A stretch of 44,488 nucleotides of DNA from Sphyrna mokarran. Its lineage: Eukaryota. Location of the stretch: NCBI GenBank assembly GCA_024679065.1, contig JAGIQG010000273.1:1-44488 (forward strand), written 5' to 3'. The position numbers were made by a program, and so were the translations under genes. The notes under the pieces are model-generated. The model searched no databases. It saw only the letters and a list, made by a program, of their open reading frames with translations, and was not told where the DNA came from. Within the stretch, counting starts at the first letter, position 1; each line of letters begins with the position of its first letter. Positions 1 to 10,770 of this stretch are shown one piece after another.

Positions 1-588
1 AATGCACAGCCTGGAACATTGATTTAAGCTAAAGAGCTTGAAGTTTACAGCAGATGGGATGAAAATGATTTCCACTCAGATGGTAGTAAGAACATGGAAG
101 TCATTGCCTGAATGGGGTAACGTTGGAAAATCTCACGACATTTAAGAAGCATTGAGATGAACTCTTCAAACGCCTGAGCATGAAAGACTATTGAGTTTGT
201 GGCATGTGAGTTTCTGGATTAATACCAATTTATATAAATCAGGACAGAGCTGGCGACGAAATGACAAGGATTGATAAGAAGATCCAGACGCTGCAGAGCG
301 CAAATCGAAATTCATTACTTCTTCCATAACATTTCACTCATCCTATTACTTTGAAATATACAGTTTATGTTAAAAGCAAACGCTGTGTACAATTTCACTG
401 TGTACAATTGTAACAAACACTGGAAATTCCATGCATTACAATCTGGGCCCATCTCTCATTGAATTCCAATTTGACAAATATTCAAACTTCTCACACCTGA
501 AGCATTGGCAAACATCTGAATACTGGACTGAGTGAGTGTCAGTTCAATAGAAATTGCCGCATCAATAAATGTTACATTTAGTTATAAG

Positions 589-594
589 TTTATT
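589..594 (-). terminator. Candidate polyadenylation signal of the Ig-like gene (membrane form)
   Basis: AATAAA on the minus strand about 350 nt after the stop codon. Confidence 0.5.
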
Positions 595-946
595 ATTGAT
601 CAAGATCAAGACATCGTTGTAAAGTTAGAATCATTAATTGGTATTCACATGTTGACATTTACAACGAGAAGTGGTACAGCTTATGTGATCAACTTGAGTA
701 ATACGATCAGCAGAAAATTTTAAGAGAAACTCAGGAAAGTCTCTCAGCATTGCTCGAAGTTTTGTCTACAGCTGAAGGACACCATTCAGCTGAAATATCC
801 TAAAATCAATTTCCAAGCATTTACAGTAAATGTCAATGATTGGCGGATCCGCGGAGAAAGTATAACTGTTTGAAGGGAATCTCATTGGTTCCATGGTTAC
901 CTCCATGAGACTGCGAAATTTCGGGAAATTCTGCCCCCTTCATAAA

Positions 947-1036
947 TCATGGTTTGGATTCTTTTTTTCGATCCGACTTCTTTTTTGATTTCTTTTCCAA
1001 GGCGGCCAAATCCAGGGAGGCGTAGGTAGGTCCACT
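947..1036 (-). CDS. Exon 8: terminal exon ([29 protein letters not shown])
   Basis: Acceptor ATGTTTCAG, phase 0, YxxL motif, TGA at 949-947; AATAAA downstream. Confidence 0.72.
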   Translation of the reverse strand, partial: SGPTYASLDLAALEKKSKKKSDRKKESKP

Positions 1037-4000
1037 CTGAAACATTCACAAATCAGAGAATGATCAAGGAGAGCAATAGATTCCCGAAAGTGCAGAAGGA
1101 GGCGTTCGGCCCATAAATAATTAAGATGATACCAAAACTCAAAAGCGGTACATAAAATCATAAAATGCTACTGTTTAGATGGAAACTATTCGGCCCAATG
1201 AATCCATGTTGGATCTTTGAAAGAGCAATCCACTTTTAATTCATCCGTGGGACGTGGGCATCGTTAGCTTTGCGCATTCTTAGTTGTCCTTATTTAGCCA
1301 CAACCATAATGTTGTGGCTCTGAAGTTGCGTGTCGTCCAGACTAGATATGAATGACATATTTACATCCTGAAGAACAATAATGTACCACGTGATTTTCTG
1401 ATACTTGTTTCTCGTTCATCAGTGGATTCTTAAGATAAGTTTATGGACGAAAAGGGAATGATCTAGGTTAGAAGTTCATTGCTTTTTCCTAATTGGTCGG
1501 CGCAACATTGAAGGCCGAAGGGTCTGTTCTGCGCTGTCATGTTCTATGTTCTATGTTCTATAAATTCCGCCCTCTGTTGTTGCTAGATTGGAACAGAATC
1601 CTCAAAACATTCAGCTGAATAATCTGCTAACGATGAGACCGCAAGGCCATCGCATCCCATTTAATCCAAACTTCACTTCAGTTTTCTTCATAATTCTCGG
1701 CAATGTTCTTTCAAACAAAAACAGTTTTCCAATTTCTTTTCAATGTGTTTGTTTAGACACTTCTGGTGGCCTCTAAATCAATTGCAAAATTAATGGCTTA
1801 ATGCATCTGTGGAAGAATTAGCCCATAATGTGCCCATCGTGCGTGGCACTGTTGCATAGGGGGTAGCACTGCTATTTCAAGCTCCAGGGACCTGGGGTCG
1901 ATTCCCACTCTGGTCACTGTCTGTGTGGAGTTTGCACATTCTCCCCGAGTCTGCGTGTGTTTCCTCTAGCTGTTCCCGTTTCCTCTGACAGACTAAAGAT
2001 ATGCGGGTGAGGTGAGAAGGATTGGCGGGTAAATATGTAGACATACTGGGATATGGCCCGGGCAGGATTGTTGTCAGTGCAAACTCTATGGGCCGAATGG
2101 CCTCTTTCTGCACTGTTGGATTTCTATGGTTTACCATAAGACACAGAAGCAGAAGTTGGCCGTTCTGCCCATCAAGTCTGTTCCACTATTCAATGAGCTC
2201 ATGAGTGCTCCGATATGACAGCTGTCTACTCCACTTTCTGACGTTATGTGCATAACGCTTGATTTCCTTATTTATTAAGAACCTATCTCAGCCTTGACCA
2301 TTCTTAACGACCCAGCGTCAAAGACTGCAATTGACTGAAGGAACGTAATCATAGAGAAGCAGAATTTGGAATGCGACTTACACATAAAATGTTTATGACT
2401 ATCAATTGATTACTATTCAACAGCCAATCCGATTACTATATTTCGATATGTGTTATGTTCAAGATTCCCTGGTGAGCGTCTCAGAATCTATCGCATCAAG
2501 CCCTTCGAGAATCATACATCGTATCACTATCTACTGTGTTAAGCCCCTTCAGAATCATACATCTTTTGGCTGTCAAGTCTGCACCAATGCTCGGACGGTG
2601 TATCTGAACCAGGCCTCGCCCCATCCTTTGCCTGTATCCCCACATATTTACCATGGCTAACTTAACTAAGCTGTAAATCTTCGCACTGTGGGAAGCCGGA
2701 GCACCCAGAGGAGATCCGTGCAGACATGGTGAAAACTTGTAAACTCCACATAGACAGCCACCCGAGGAATCGAGCTTCGGCCCCTGGTGTTGCGAGGCAG
2801 TAGCACTAACCACTGTGCCACCGTGACGCCCTCAATCTTTGAGTTTTGGGAAGTCCCCGACATTTAAACACAACCAGCCGCAGCATTGAACAACCAAACA
2901 GGAACCACGTGGAAAGAGGCCATTACACCATCATATCTTTGCTGGCCAGACAACTGGCAGTCTCTTCTAATTCCAGTGTCAGCGCCAAATTTCAGGGTAC
3001 AACAGTTCACAAATATATTCTGGTTCCCTTTAAATAACTAAAACTTCCTCCATCAAACCAGACAATGAATTCAAAATACCAGTTACTGTACAATAACTGT
3101 GTAATTCCTGAGCTTCTTCAAAGCCTAATCATTGATTGCCACTTGTTGAAGTTGTATTTACCCATCGAAAGTAGTAAATTTGGCAGCGCCTTTGCCAACA
3201 GTATGATTAAATTAAGGAATAATTCAATAATGAGACAGATGAATTGTCATATTTTTAAATGTTTGTTGAGTGATTAAATACTGACGGGAACAAGAGACCG
3301 AAAACTGAACTACATGAACAGAAGCACTTTCACTCCCATACACTCAGGCACTCTTATAAGTACATACACCAGGACTCACCTGATGAACCAGCAGCACTCC
3401 AAAAGTTCACGATTGCAAATACATCTATAGGACTTTAATGTGATGCCCACCGAAGTCCAAAGCCGATTATGCTATCTCATGATATACAAACACACAGAGA
3501 CACAAACACACAGAAGCGATTTCGTTCACACACGCTCAGGCACACATGCATAGAAACACAGATGCACATACAAACACACACAGTCACACAAGTATTCATT
3601 CATTTATGTATCCCTCAAACACGTAGTGTCTCTCTCTCTCTCTCTGAGTCTCCCCCACAGGCACACACACATTCACCCGTTCCGCTCAACGGACACAATT
3701 TCTCACCGAGATACACAGAAAGAAAATCTAACAATCTCACAAACACAACCTCTCAAAAACACAGACAAAGAGATATGCACAGAATCTCTCAAACACACAG
3801 GCTCAAAACGACAATATGTAGAATCCTACGGTACAGCATGAAGTCATTCGGCCCATTCAGTGTGCACCACAATGACACCGAAGCCCTATCCCCATAATCT
3901 CATTCTCGCAAGTCCGCCTGGCATTAATGATAATTCAGCACAGCCAACCCACCTAATACGCACATCTTTGGGCGGTGAGAGGAAACTGAAGCACCCGGAG

Positions 4001-7000
4001 GAAATCCATGTAGGCCCGGGGAGAATGTGCAAACTTCACAGAGACAGTGACCCAAGCCGAGGATTGAACCCGTGTCCCTCACACTGTGAAGCAGCATTGT
4101 TAACCATTATCTCACTGTGAAGATAATCCCAGCAATTAGTACAATTCCAACTGGGTGCGGGTGGGAGGAAACCTGGAACTGACGGGGGGAGAACTAGATC
4201 CACCGCAAAAATAAATAGAGTCAAACGAAACAAAAATCTGGCAATCAACAATGAAAACTGCTGGAAACCGACAGCAACGTCTGTCTGATATATTGTAACT
4301 GGAACATTAACTCAATCGCTGCACGAACATTTGGAAGAGCCGCAGAGATATGTGTTCTGATTCCAAAGTGTGGGCGAATGTGGTTTCGTTCACAATTAGA
4401 TGCTTCAGACCGTGAGCTGCATGCTGATAGCCGCATGAAGTATCCCGGATGGGACATCCTGCAACTTATTCTAAAATCCAATTTCCTCAATGGTATTAAA
4501 TTATTCGTAAAGCGCTTACCTGAACTGCACAGTCTTGTGTTCCATTTCCATATGTTTGGCGATAGTCACCTGTGTAACGAAGTGGAAGATGTCAATTTAG
4601 GAAAGCAGTTAGGAATACAGAGAACGGATATCAGAAAGTTCTGTCTGGCAAAAGTAGGGAAAATCCTAGCATAATCGATTTGTATATCAAACAGGAAAAG
4701 AATAGGGCCCATTAGGCGCGAAGGCGATAAACTGTGGGTGGAGCCAGAGGACATGGGGCCAGGTGCTAAATGAAAACATCACATCCTTTTCCACCCAAGA
4801 AAATGAGGACTCTGATCCAGAATTCAGGGACTGTGTGGTTCTGGAGCAAATTGACATTGGGTAAGATAAGCTATTGGAGGTGTTGGCAGTCTCAAAATTG
4901 GATATATCTCCAAGTCCAGCTGATTTACGCCCCCAGCAACATTGGAAGGCAAGAGGGGAGATTGCAGAGGCACTGGCTCATATTTTTCAATTCCTCACTG
5001 GCCATGGGAACTCCCAGAAGAACGACAAATATGGTTGGGTTATTTAGGAAAATGTTTTAGAGATGAACCAGGGAACTACAGACAAGTGAGTCTCACATCA
5101 GTGGTAGGAAAACAATGAAAGAAGAATCTGAAGGAGAAAAATCTATCGACACTTGGAGAGACAAAGCTTGTGCAGATATAGTGAGCATGGCTTCGCCAGA
5201 GGGAAGTCATGCCTAACACATCTGATTGAATTTTGTGCGGCTGACCAGGCGTGCAGACGAAGGTAGTGTAGCCGTTGTAGTTTAGATGCATTTCAGCAAA
5301 GCCTTTGACATGGTTCCAAATAGGAGACTTGCAAATATTCAAGGTAATTTGATAAAGTGCATCCAGAATCGGATCAGTTGCTGGAAACAGCAAGTGACGA
5401 CAGGAGGATGCTTAGTACCTGGAAGCCAGTGTCCCTTGGTGTACCACAAGGTTCTGTTTCCTACCCAACCCCCACTTCCCCCCACCACCACCATATTCCG
5501 TCATTTATATAAATGTCACTGGTGTCTATGTGGCGGGTAGAGTTAGTTTACAGAAGTCCAAAGATGTGTAGATTAGGTGGATGGACCGTGCTCATTTATG
5601 CTCACTGCCAGGGGCATTCGCTCTGTAAATGTGCGGCACAACAGGGATAGAGCATGGATGGGATTGGTGTCAAAGCAGGTTTGATGCGCTGACTGGCCTT
5701 CTGCACTGATGAAATATCATAGAACCGTACAGTGCAGAAAGAGGCCCTTCTGCCCATCAAGTCTGCACCGACCATAAACCCACCCAGGCCCCACCCCCAT
5801 ATCCCTACATATTTTACCTACTAATGCTTCTAACCTAAGCTTCTTAAGACACTAATGGGCAATTTTAACATGGCCATTCAACCTAACCCGCATATCTTCG
5901 GACTGTGGGAGGAAACCGGAGCACCTAAAGGAAACCCAAGTAGATACGAGGAGCATGTGTAAACTCCACACAGAAGTGACCCGAGCCGGGGAATCAAACA
6001 CAGGTTTCGAGCTGTGAGGCAGCTGTGTTAAGTACTGTGCCATCGTGTCGCCCACTGCAAAGTCCCTATGATTTATCTGTTCAACGATATTGAATATTTG
6101 CCTTCATTTGGATGTAACTTACCCGTTTGTCTCTCTTTCCGCTGTCCTCTGCGCAATTTTTGTCTCAAGCTAAAACTACTTGAGAAAATAAACAAAATGA
6201 AACAGGTATTATATCCTGCAAAACCTGGCCGGAAATATTTGAGAGAAAGGGTACTTAATTTTAAAACATGGAAAATCTCAGTATGTGCCATAGGAATAAA
6301 TATTGGTTTTGAACTGCGTTTATTATGATATATATAGAGAGATGAACTTTGAAAATGGCTCAATTATTCACCTTTCAATACCGGTTCCCTCTGCTCGCTC
6401 TCCTGAAACAAGACACTGTGATCAGCAATTTAAAACTACAAGGGGAATTACATGAGATGAACAATAATAATGATATCCCTACTTAAAATTATTCCTCACC
6501 TGATCTGCTGCTCTTCCAAATACAAATGGAAAGAAGGACAAAGAGGAGAATCGGGACCAACAGGATAATTATGACAATGGAATGTTCCAGATTGCACCAT
6601 CCTATAGAGAGAAAACTATTTCAAATTGCTGCTGGGTCAAATAAATCGTTCCGCGTTTCTAGGACGGGAAGCTGAACTCAGACACTCTAATTGTTGCCTC
6701 TCGTCATGCTATATTATAACCATAACTGAACAACCAATGGCATTTTTTTCAGATTATCATTGATCAAAACTCAACTGGAATCCCCAGTTAAACAGAGTAG
6801 GTACAAAAGCAGGTCAGAGGCTGGAAATCCTGAGGAAATTTACCAGGATGTTGCCTGGTATGGAGGGCAGGTCTTTTGAAGAGAGGCTGAGGGATTTGAG
6901 GTTGTTTTCGTTAGAAAGGAGGCGGCTAAGAGGGGACCTAATCGAAACATGATGATTAGAGGTTTAGATAGGGTGGACAGTGATAGCCTTTTTCCTAGGA

Positions 7001-10000
7001 TGGAAAAAGCTAGCACGAGGGGACACAGTTTTAAATTAAGGGGTGATAGTTATAGGACGGATATCAGAGGTAGGTTCTTTACCCAAAGGGTGGTCGGGAG
7101 TGGAATGCCCTGCCTGCAGCGGTTGTAGATGCGCCAAGTTTGGTGGCGTTTAAGAGGTTAGTTGATAAGTATATGGAAGAGAAGGGAATGGTTTAGTTTG
7201 GAGGGGCATTGCTTTTTATATTGCTCGGCACAACATCGAAGGCCGAAGGGCCTGTTCTGTGCTGTAATGTTCTATGTTCTATGTTCTATGAAATTAACTC
7301 ACCTTCTGACTCCTCAAAACCTGTTCGCCATCTGTAAAGCACAAGTCAGAAGTATGATGGATTACCCCCCACGTGCCTAGTTGGGTGCAACTCCAACAAC
7401 GCGAAAGAAACCTGACATCGTCAAAGGCAAATCAGCCCGCTCGATTGGCAACACATTCACTCCCTCCATCAGCCGATGCTCAGAAGCAGCAGCGCGTACA
7501 CTCACTCAGCAATTCACCAATGATCCTTAGACAGCATCTTTCAAACCTATAACAGTTTCATCCAGAAGGACAAGGACAGCGAATACAAGGGAACACCGCC
7601 ACTGCGTTTCCTTCTACAAGCCACTTAGTATCCCGACTTGGAAACATACTGGCATTCTGTCCCAGTTGCTGGGTCAAAATCCTAGAACTGCATCCCTAAT
7701 GTCATTATGGGTCAACCCACAGCACGTAGACTGCACCCCATCTTTGAAATAGCTATTGAAATACTGTCACTCTATTTAAATTTCCCCCACAGTTTTGCAC
7801 ATTTCTCACTACGAGTCCAAATACAATTCCAGTTGTGAAATGTATTGTAATAGATTCCATTGGCCATGCAGACATTCTCTGAATCACAATACCAAATAGC
7901 ATAAAATAGTCGAAAATGTAATTTATGTGTTGTTTTTCATCTTGATTTTAATGCGATTAGAGTCCAGGTATTAGGAATTTATACGAAAACAGATGCCAAA
8001 CGGAACCTAAAAATTCTGGAGTGTTATTATAGAAAATTGAACTAATACCTCAAGGGAAACTAGAAAAGACAGATTTCGAAAATAGTTAAACATAGAACAT
8101 AGAACATAGAAGAATACAACACAAACAGGCCCTTCAGCCCACGAGTTGCGCTGATCACATCTACCAATCCACAGACCTATCTATAACCCCCTATCCTACT
8201 CTTTTCCATATACTCATCCAGAAGTCTCTTAAAAGACCCCAGTGAGTTTGCCTCAACAGCCTCCGACGGCAGTCGGTTCCATTCACTCACCACCCTCTGA
8301 GTGAAAAACCTACCCCTGACATCTCCTTTGTATTTGCTTCCCTGCACCTTAAATCTGTGTCCTCTCGTAGTGACCATTTCAGCTCGGGGAAATAGTCTCT
8401 GACAGTCCACCCTATCTATTCCTCTCAACATTTCATAAACCTCTATCAGGTCGCCTCTCAACCTCCGTTTCTCCAGTGAGAAGAGTCCCAGCTCCCTCAA
8501 CCTATCTTCATAAGGCCTGCCTCTCAATCCAGGCAGCATCCTTGTAAATCTCCTCTGAACCCTTTCAATAGCCTCTACATCCTTCCTATAATGAGGCGAT
8601 CAGAACTGCGCACAATACTCCAACTGGGGCCTGACAAGAGTCTTATAGAGCTGTATCATTACCTCCTGACTCCTAAATTCTATTCCTCGATTAATGAAGG
8701 CCAGTACACCGTACGCCTACTTGACCACTTCCTCCATCTGCGAGGCCGATTTAAGAGTCCTATGGACCCGGACCCCGACATCCTTCTGCTCTACAACACA
8801 GCTAAGGCTCCTACCCCTTATATTGTATTCCTTCATCCCATTATTCCTGCCAAAATGGGCCACTACACATTTATCTGTATTGAAGTCCAATGCTTCCGTT
8901 TCTCGATTGCAAAGCGCATCCAGTGTTGCACTGACTTCAAATGGGTTGGAAAATCCAATGTCTGAAAAGGACGATGGAAGCAGATTCAATAAAAACTTTC
9001 AGCTGGGAAACGGAGTCTACCTTGAAGGGGAGAAGTGACAGGATTCCAGGTGGCACATTGATTACTATTGCCGCCATATAGTTCCAGAGAACATGGTTTG
9101 ATTCGCGGCTTGATTCACTGTCTGTGCAGGTTGGCACCGTCTCCTGCAGGCGATCTAGTTTCCTCCAACTCTCTGAAGCCATGCTGGTTCGCGGGAATTG
9201 GGCAGACTGAATTTTCTGCAGTGCACTCCAATGGGCGCAGGAGTACGGCGAATAGGCATATTTCACAGCAATTTATTTGTAGCTTTAACGTAAGCATACG
9301 TGTGCCACAAATAAATAATGCAGGTACAATTGGAGATCTCTCTGTGTACGTAACAGACGTCAGTTTCTGAATATTTGGAATATTACTGCAACTGATTACA
9401 AGTTGAATTCAAACCATCATTGTGGAGGTTGACAACTCACCTGAATTGGGGGAGGATACACTTTTCGTCCAATATTTGCCTGGAATCCCCATTTGAACAA
9501 TGCAAGTACAGACACCGCCATTTCTCCAGACTTGCCCCGACACCATGACATGACTTCTGATGCTGTAGGTCCCGTCCTCCCCAGTTATCCCGGGATCACT
9601 CGATCCCTCAGTGACCAAGCCGGAAATATTCCAGAAAACAGCAATCTGCTTGGAAGAAACTCCACTGACCAAACAGACTAAAGGCACATTATCATTCACA
9701 TCCAGATCAGCTGGCGGGACAAATACTTGCACAACCGTCTTGTTGGTGGAACTGTCTGGACAGAAATTGGGACACAGTTAATGATTAATTTACGCACATA
9801 AAAAAAGGATAATGTGCATACTCTGAGTGAATTCACTTTCTCCCTTACCTCCAACCAGGAGTGTGGTTGCATACCGGAACAGTAAAGACCGATCTATGTA
9901 TATATACATACAGTAGTAGGAACCAGAGTCATTCATCTGGACATTGCGAATTTTCAGAATCAACACGTTCCCTGGATCGCCTTTTTCAGAAATAAACTTA

Positions 10001-10770
10001 CAGTCGGGCCCAGTACAGGATGTAGTGGTTATTAGAATCGGGGCTTCACCTAGCCGCTGTTTGTACCAAGCATAGTTGGACACCAAATCCACTTCTTGAG
10101 TGTCATGACAGAATAATTCCACCGTTTGGCCTCTCGCAGCTGTCAATGTGAAAGGGATCTGATACAGAGAGGACTCGGATTCTGTAACTAGAGAGATTAT
10201 TGTGAGATAAGCAATGATTATTGAAATACCAGAAGCTAACTCTAAAAATCAAATCGTCTCGAATGAAAGTTTATTTTATTAATGTCAGAAGTAAGCTTAC
10301 ATTAACACTGCAATGAAGTTACGGCGAAATTCCCCTAACTTCCACACTGCGAGCCTGTCCAGATACACTGAGGGATATTTTTTAGCACCGTCAATGCATC
10401 AACTAGCACCTCTTTTGGACTGTGGGAGCAAACTGGGGCGATCGGAGGAAACCCACGCAGTCTCCACAGTCCACACAAAGCTTTGTGACGCTTTGAGGCA
10501 GCAGTGTTATCCTCTGCATAATCTCCTCATTCATTTAAATCATTGTTTGTCATTTTTTTTCTTAACTTCATGAGTAAAACCAATAAATTAACTTATATGA
10601 TTAGTGCAAATGTCTTCACCCGAACACTGGCTCACTCACGCTTTCAGCTTAGAAAACGCTCATTCGAGTTTATAAAATCGATTCCGCTTGAAATTCCCAC
10701 CCGCCTCTTACTCACAGTGAAACCTCAGTATTTGGAAAATGAGTATCAGAGATAGAGATTCTTCGGCCAT
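947..10770 (-). CDS. Spliced gene (8 coding exons, 1029 nt, 342 aa): non-rearranging antigen-receptor-like IgSF membrane protein, L-VJ-C1-TM-cytoplasmic (PRARP/VJC1-like; resembles 'Ig light chain-like/TCR-like' proteins)
   Basis: Exons 10716-10770, 9849-10187, 9441-9755, 6500-6601, 6372-6402, 6123-6169, 4520-4569 and 947-1036 are joined by GT..AG introns. Phases 1,1,1,1,2,1,0 give one uninterrupted ORF: [31 protein letters not shown]...ELFC...WYKQ...DSGSYYC...[13 protein letters not shown]...LVCLVSG...FW...DGTYS...CTC...[38 protein letters not shown]...[29 protein letters not shown]. Confidence 0.82.
1433..1561 (+). mobile_element. CR1 3'-terminal fragment
   Basis: 3' UTR with GGCCGAAGGG and (TTCTATG)n. 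Confidence 0.8.
1843..2130 (+). mobile_element. HE1-like tRNA-derived SINE
   Basis: A/B-box head (GGGTCGATTCCC), core GTCTGTGTGGAGTTTGCACATTCTCCCC, CR1-like tail GGCCGAATGGCC. Confidence 0.85.
2486..2831 (-). mobile_element. HE1-like SINE
   Basis: Reverse head GGCACAGTGGTTAGTGCTACTGCC and core. Confidence 0.85.
3480..3810. repeat. CA/CT-rich low-complexity microsatellite region
   Basis: Degenerate (CA)n and (CT)n. Confidence 0.75.
3818..4110 (-). mobile_element. HE1-like SINE
   Basis: GGGTTCAATCC B-box and core in reverse. Confidence 0.8.
4520..4569 (-). CDS. Exon 7: cytoplasmic exon ([17 protein letters not shown])
   Basis: Acceptor CTTCGTTACACAG, strong donor CAG|GTAAGC; phase 1->0. Confidence 0.7.
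4612..5520 (+). mobile_element. Old CR1 RT fragment
   Basis: Degenerate [13 protein letters not shown] and [10 protein letters not shown]. Confidence 0.75.
5717..6053 (-). mobile_element. HE1-like SINE
   Basis: Head, core and tail in reverse. Confidence 0.85.
6123..6169 (-). CDS. Exon 6: basic cytoplasmic exon ([16 protein letters not shown])
   Basis: Acceptor TAGTTTTAG, donor G|GTAAGT; phase 2->1. Confidence 0.7.
6372..6402 (-). CDS. Exon 5: cytoplasmic micro-exon ([10 protein letters not shown])
   Basis: Acceptor TCTTGTTTCAG, donor AG|GTGAAT; 31 nt, phase 1->2. Confidence 0.65.
6500..6601 (-). CDS. Exon 4: stalk Cys + transmembrane segment ([34 protein letters not shown])
   Basis: Acceptor TTTTCTCTCTATAG, donor G|GTGAGG; about 21 hydrophobic residues followed by a basic stop-transfer; in frame with the C1 exon. 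Confidence 0.88.
6740..7740 (+). mobile_element. Old non-LTR (L2/CR1-group) RT C-terminal fragment, interrupted by CR1-A
   Basis: Degenerate [23 protein letters not shown] (cf. LYKxxVRSxLEY motif). Confidence 0.6.
6838..7290 (+). mobile_element. Short 5'-truncated CR1 family A copy inserted in an older LINE
   Basis: [10 protein letters not shown].. region plus TTCTATG tail; GAAATT duplicated at both ends. Confidence 0.9.
8090..8890 (-). mobile_element. 5'-truncated CR1 family B copy
   Basis: ORF 8177-8539 ([31 protein letters not shown]), CATAGAA tail. Confidence 0.92.
9272..9277 (-). terminator. Candidate intronic polyadenylation signal after the C1 exon (secreted form)
   Basis: AATAAA on the minus strand about 130 nt after the read-through stop at 9411-9409. 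Confidence 0.35.
9441..9755 (-). CDS. Exon 3: C1-set Ig constant domain
   Basis: Acceptor TTTCTGTCCAG, donor G|GTGAGT; [37 protein letters not shown]. Confidence 0.92.
9849..10187 (-). CDS. Exon 2: V-set Ig domain with germline-joined J-like G strand
   Basis: Acceptor CTCTCTAG, donor G|GTAAGG; motifs Q..., V-x-L-x-C, WYKQ..GEAP, L-x-I-x-N-V-Q-x-x-D-S-G-x-Y-Y-C, F-R-Y-A-T-T-L-L-V (degenerate FGxGTxLxV). Confidence 0.93.
10265..10520 (-). mobile_element. Degenerate HE1-like SINE in the leader-V intron
   Basis: GGACTGTGGGAG..GGAGGAAACCCACGCAG core. Confidence 0.65.
10716..10770 (-). CDS. Exon 1: leader/signal peptide ([18 protein letters not shown], phase 1)
   Basis: ATG at 10770, hydrophobic core, donor T|GTGAGT; phase-1 split leader typical of Ig/TCR genes. 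Confidence 0.8.

Noticed and set aside
226-290. Possible minus-strand exon SGSSYQSL..DLYKLV (ITAM-like)
   Set aside because: It lies beyond the stop and poly(A) signal, its phase is incompatible with exon 7, and nothing else supports it.
4405-4458. Alternative last exon [17 protein letters not shown] (ITIM-like with Y->H)
   Set aside because: It needs a 61-nt intron with a weak acceptor; the exon at 947-1036 has a better acceptor, a true YxxL and a downstream AATAAA.
9441-10187. Conventional rearranged Ig light chain or TCR gene / processed cDNA
   Set aside because: Introns are retained, there is no J cluster or RSS, the TM lacks the charged residues of TCRs, and there is a multi-exon tyrosine-bearing tail.
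10713-10740. RSS heptamer CACAGTG near the V exon (also CACTGTG at 6414-6420)
   Set aside because: No ACAAAAACC-like nonamer at 12- or 23-bp spacing; the heptamers overlap splice signals and do not flank a V or J coding end.
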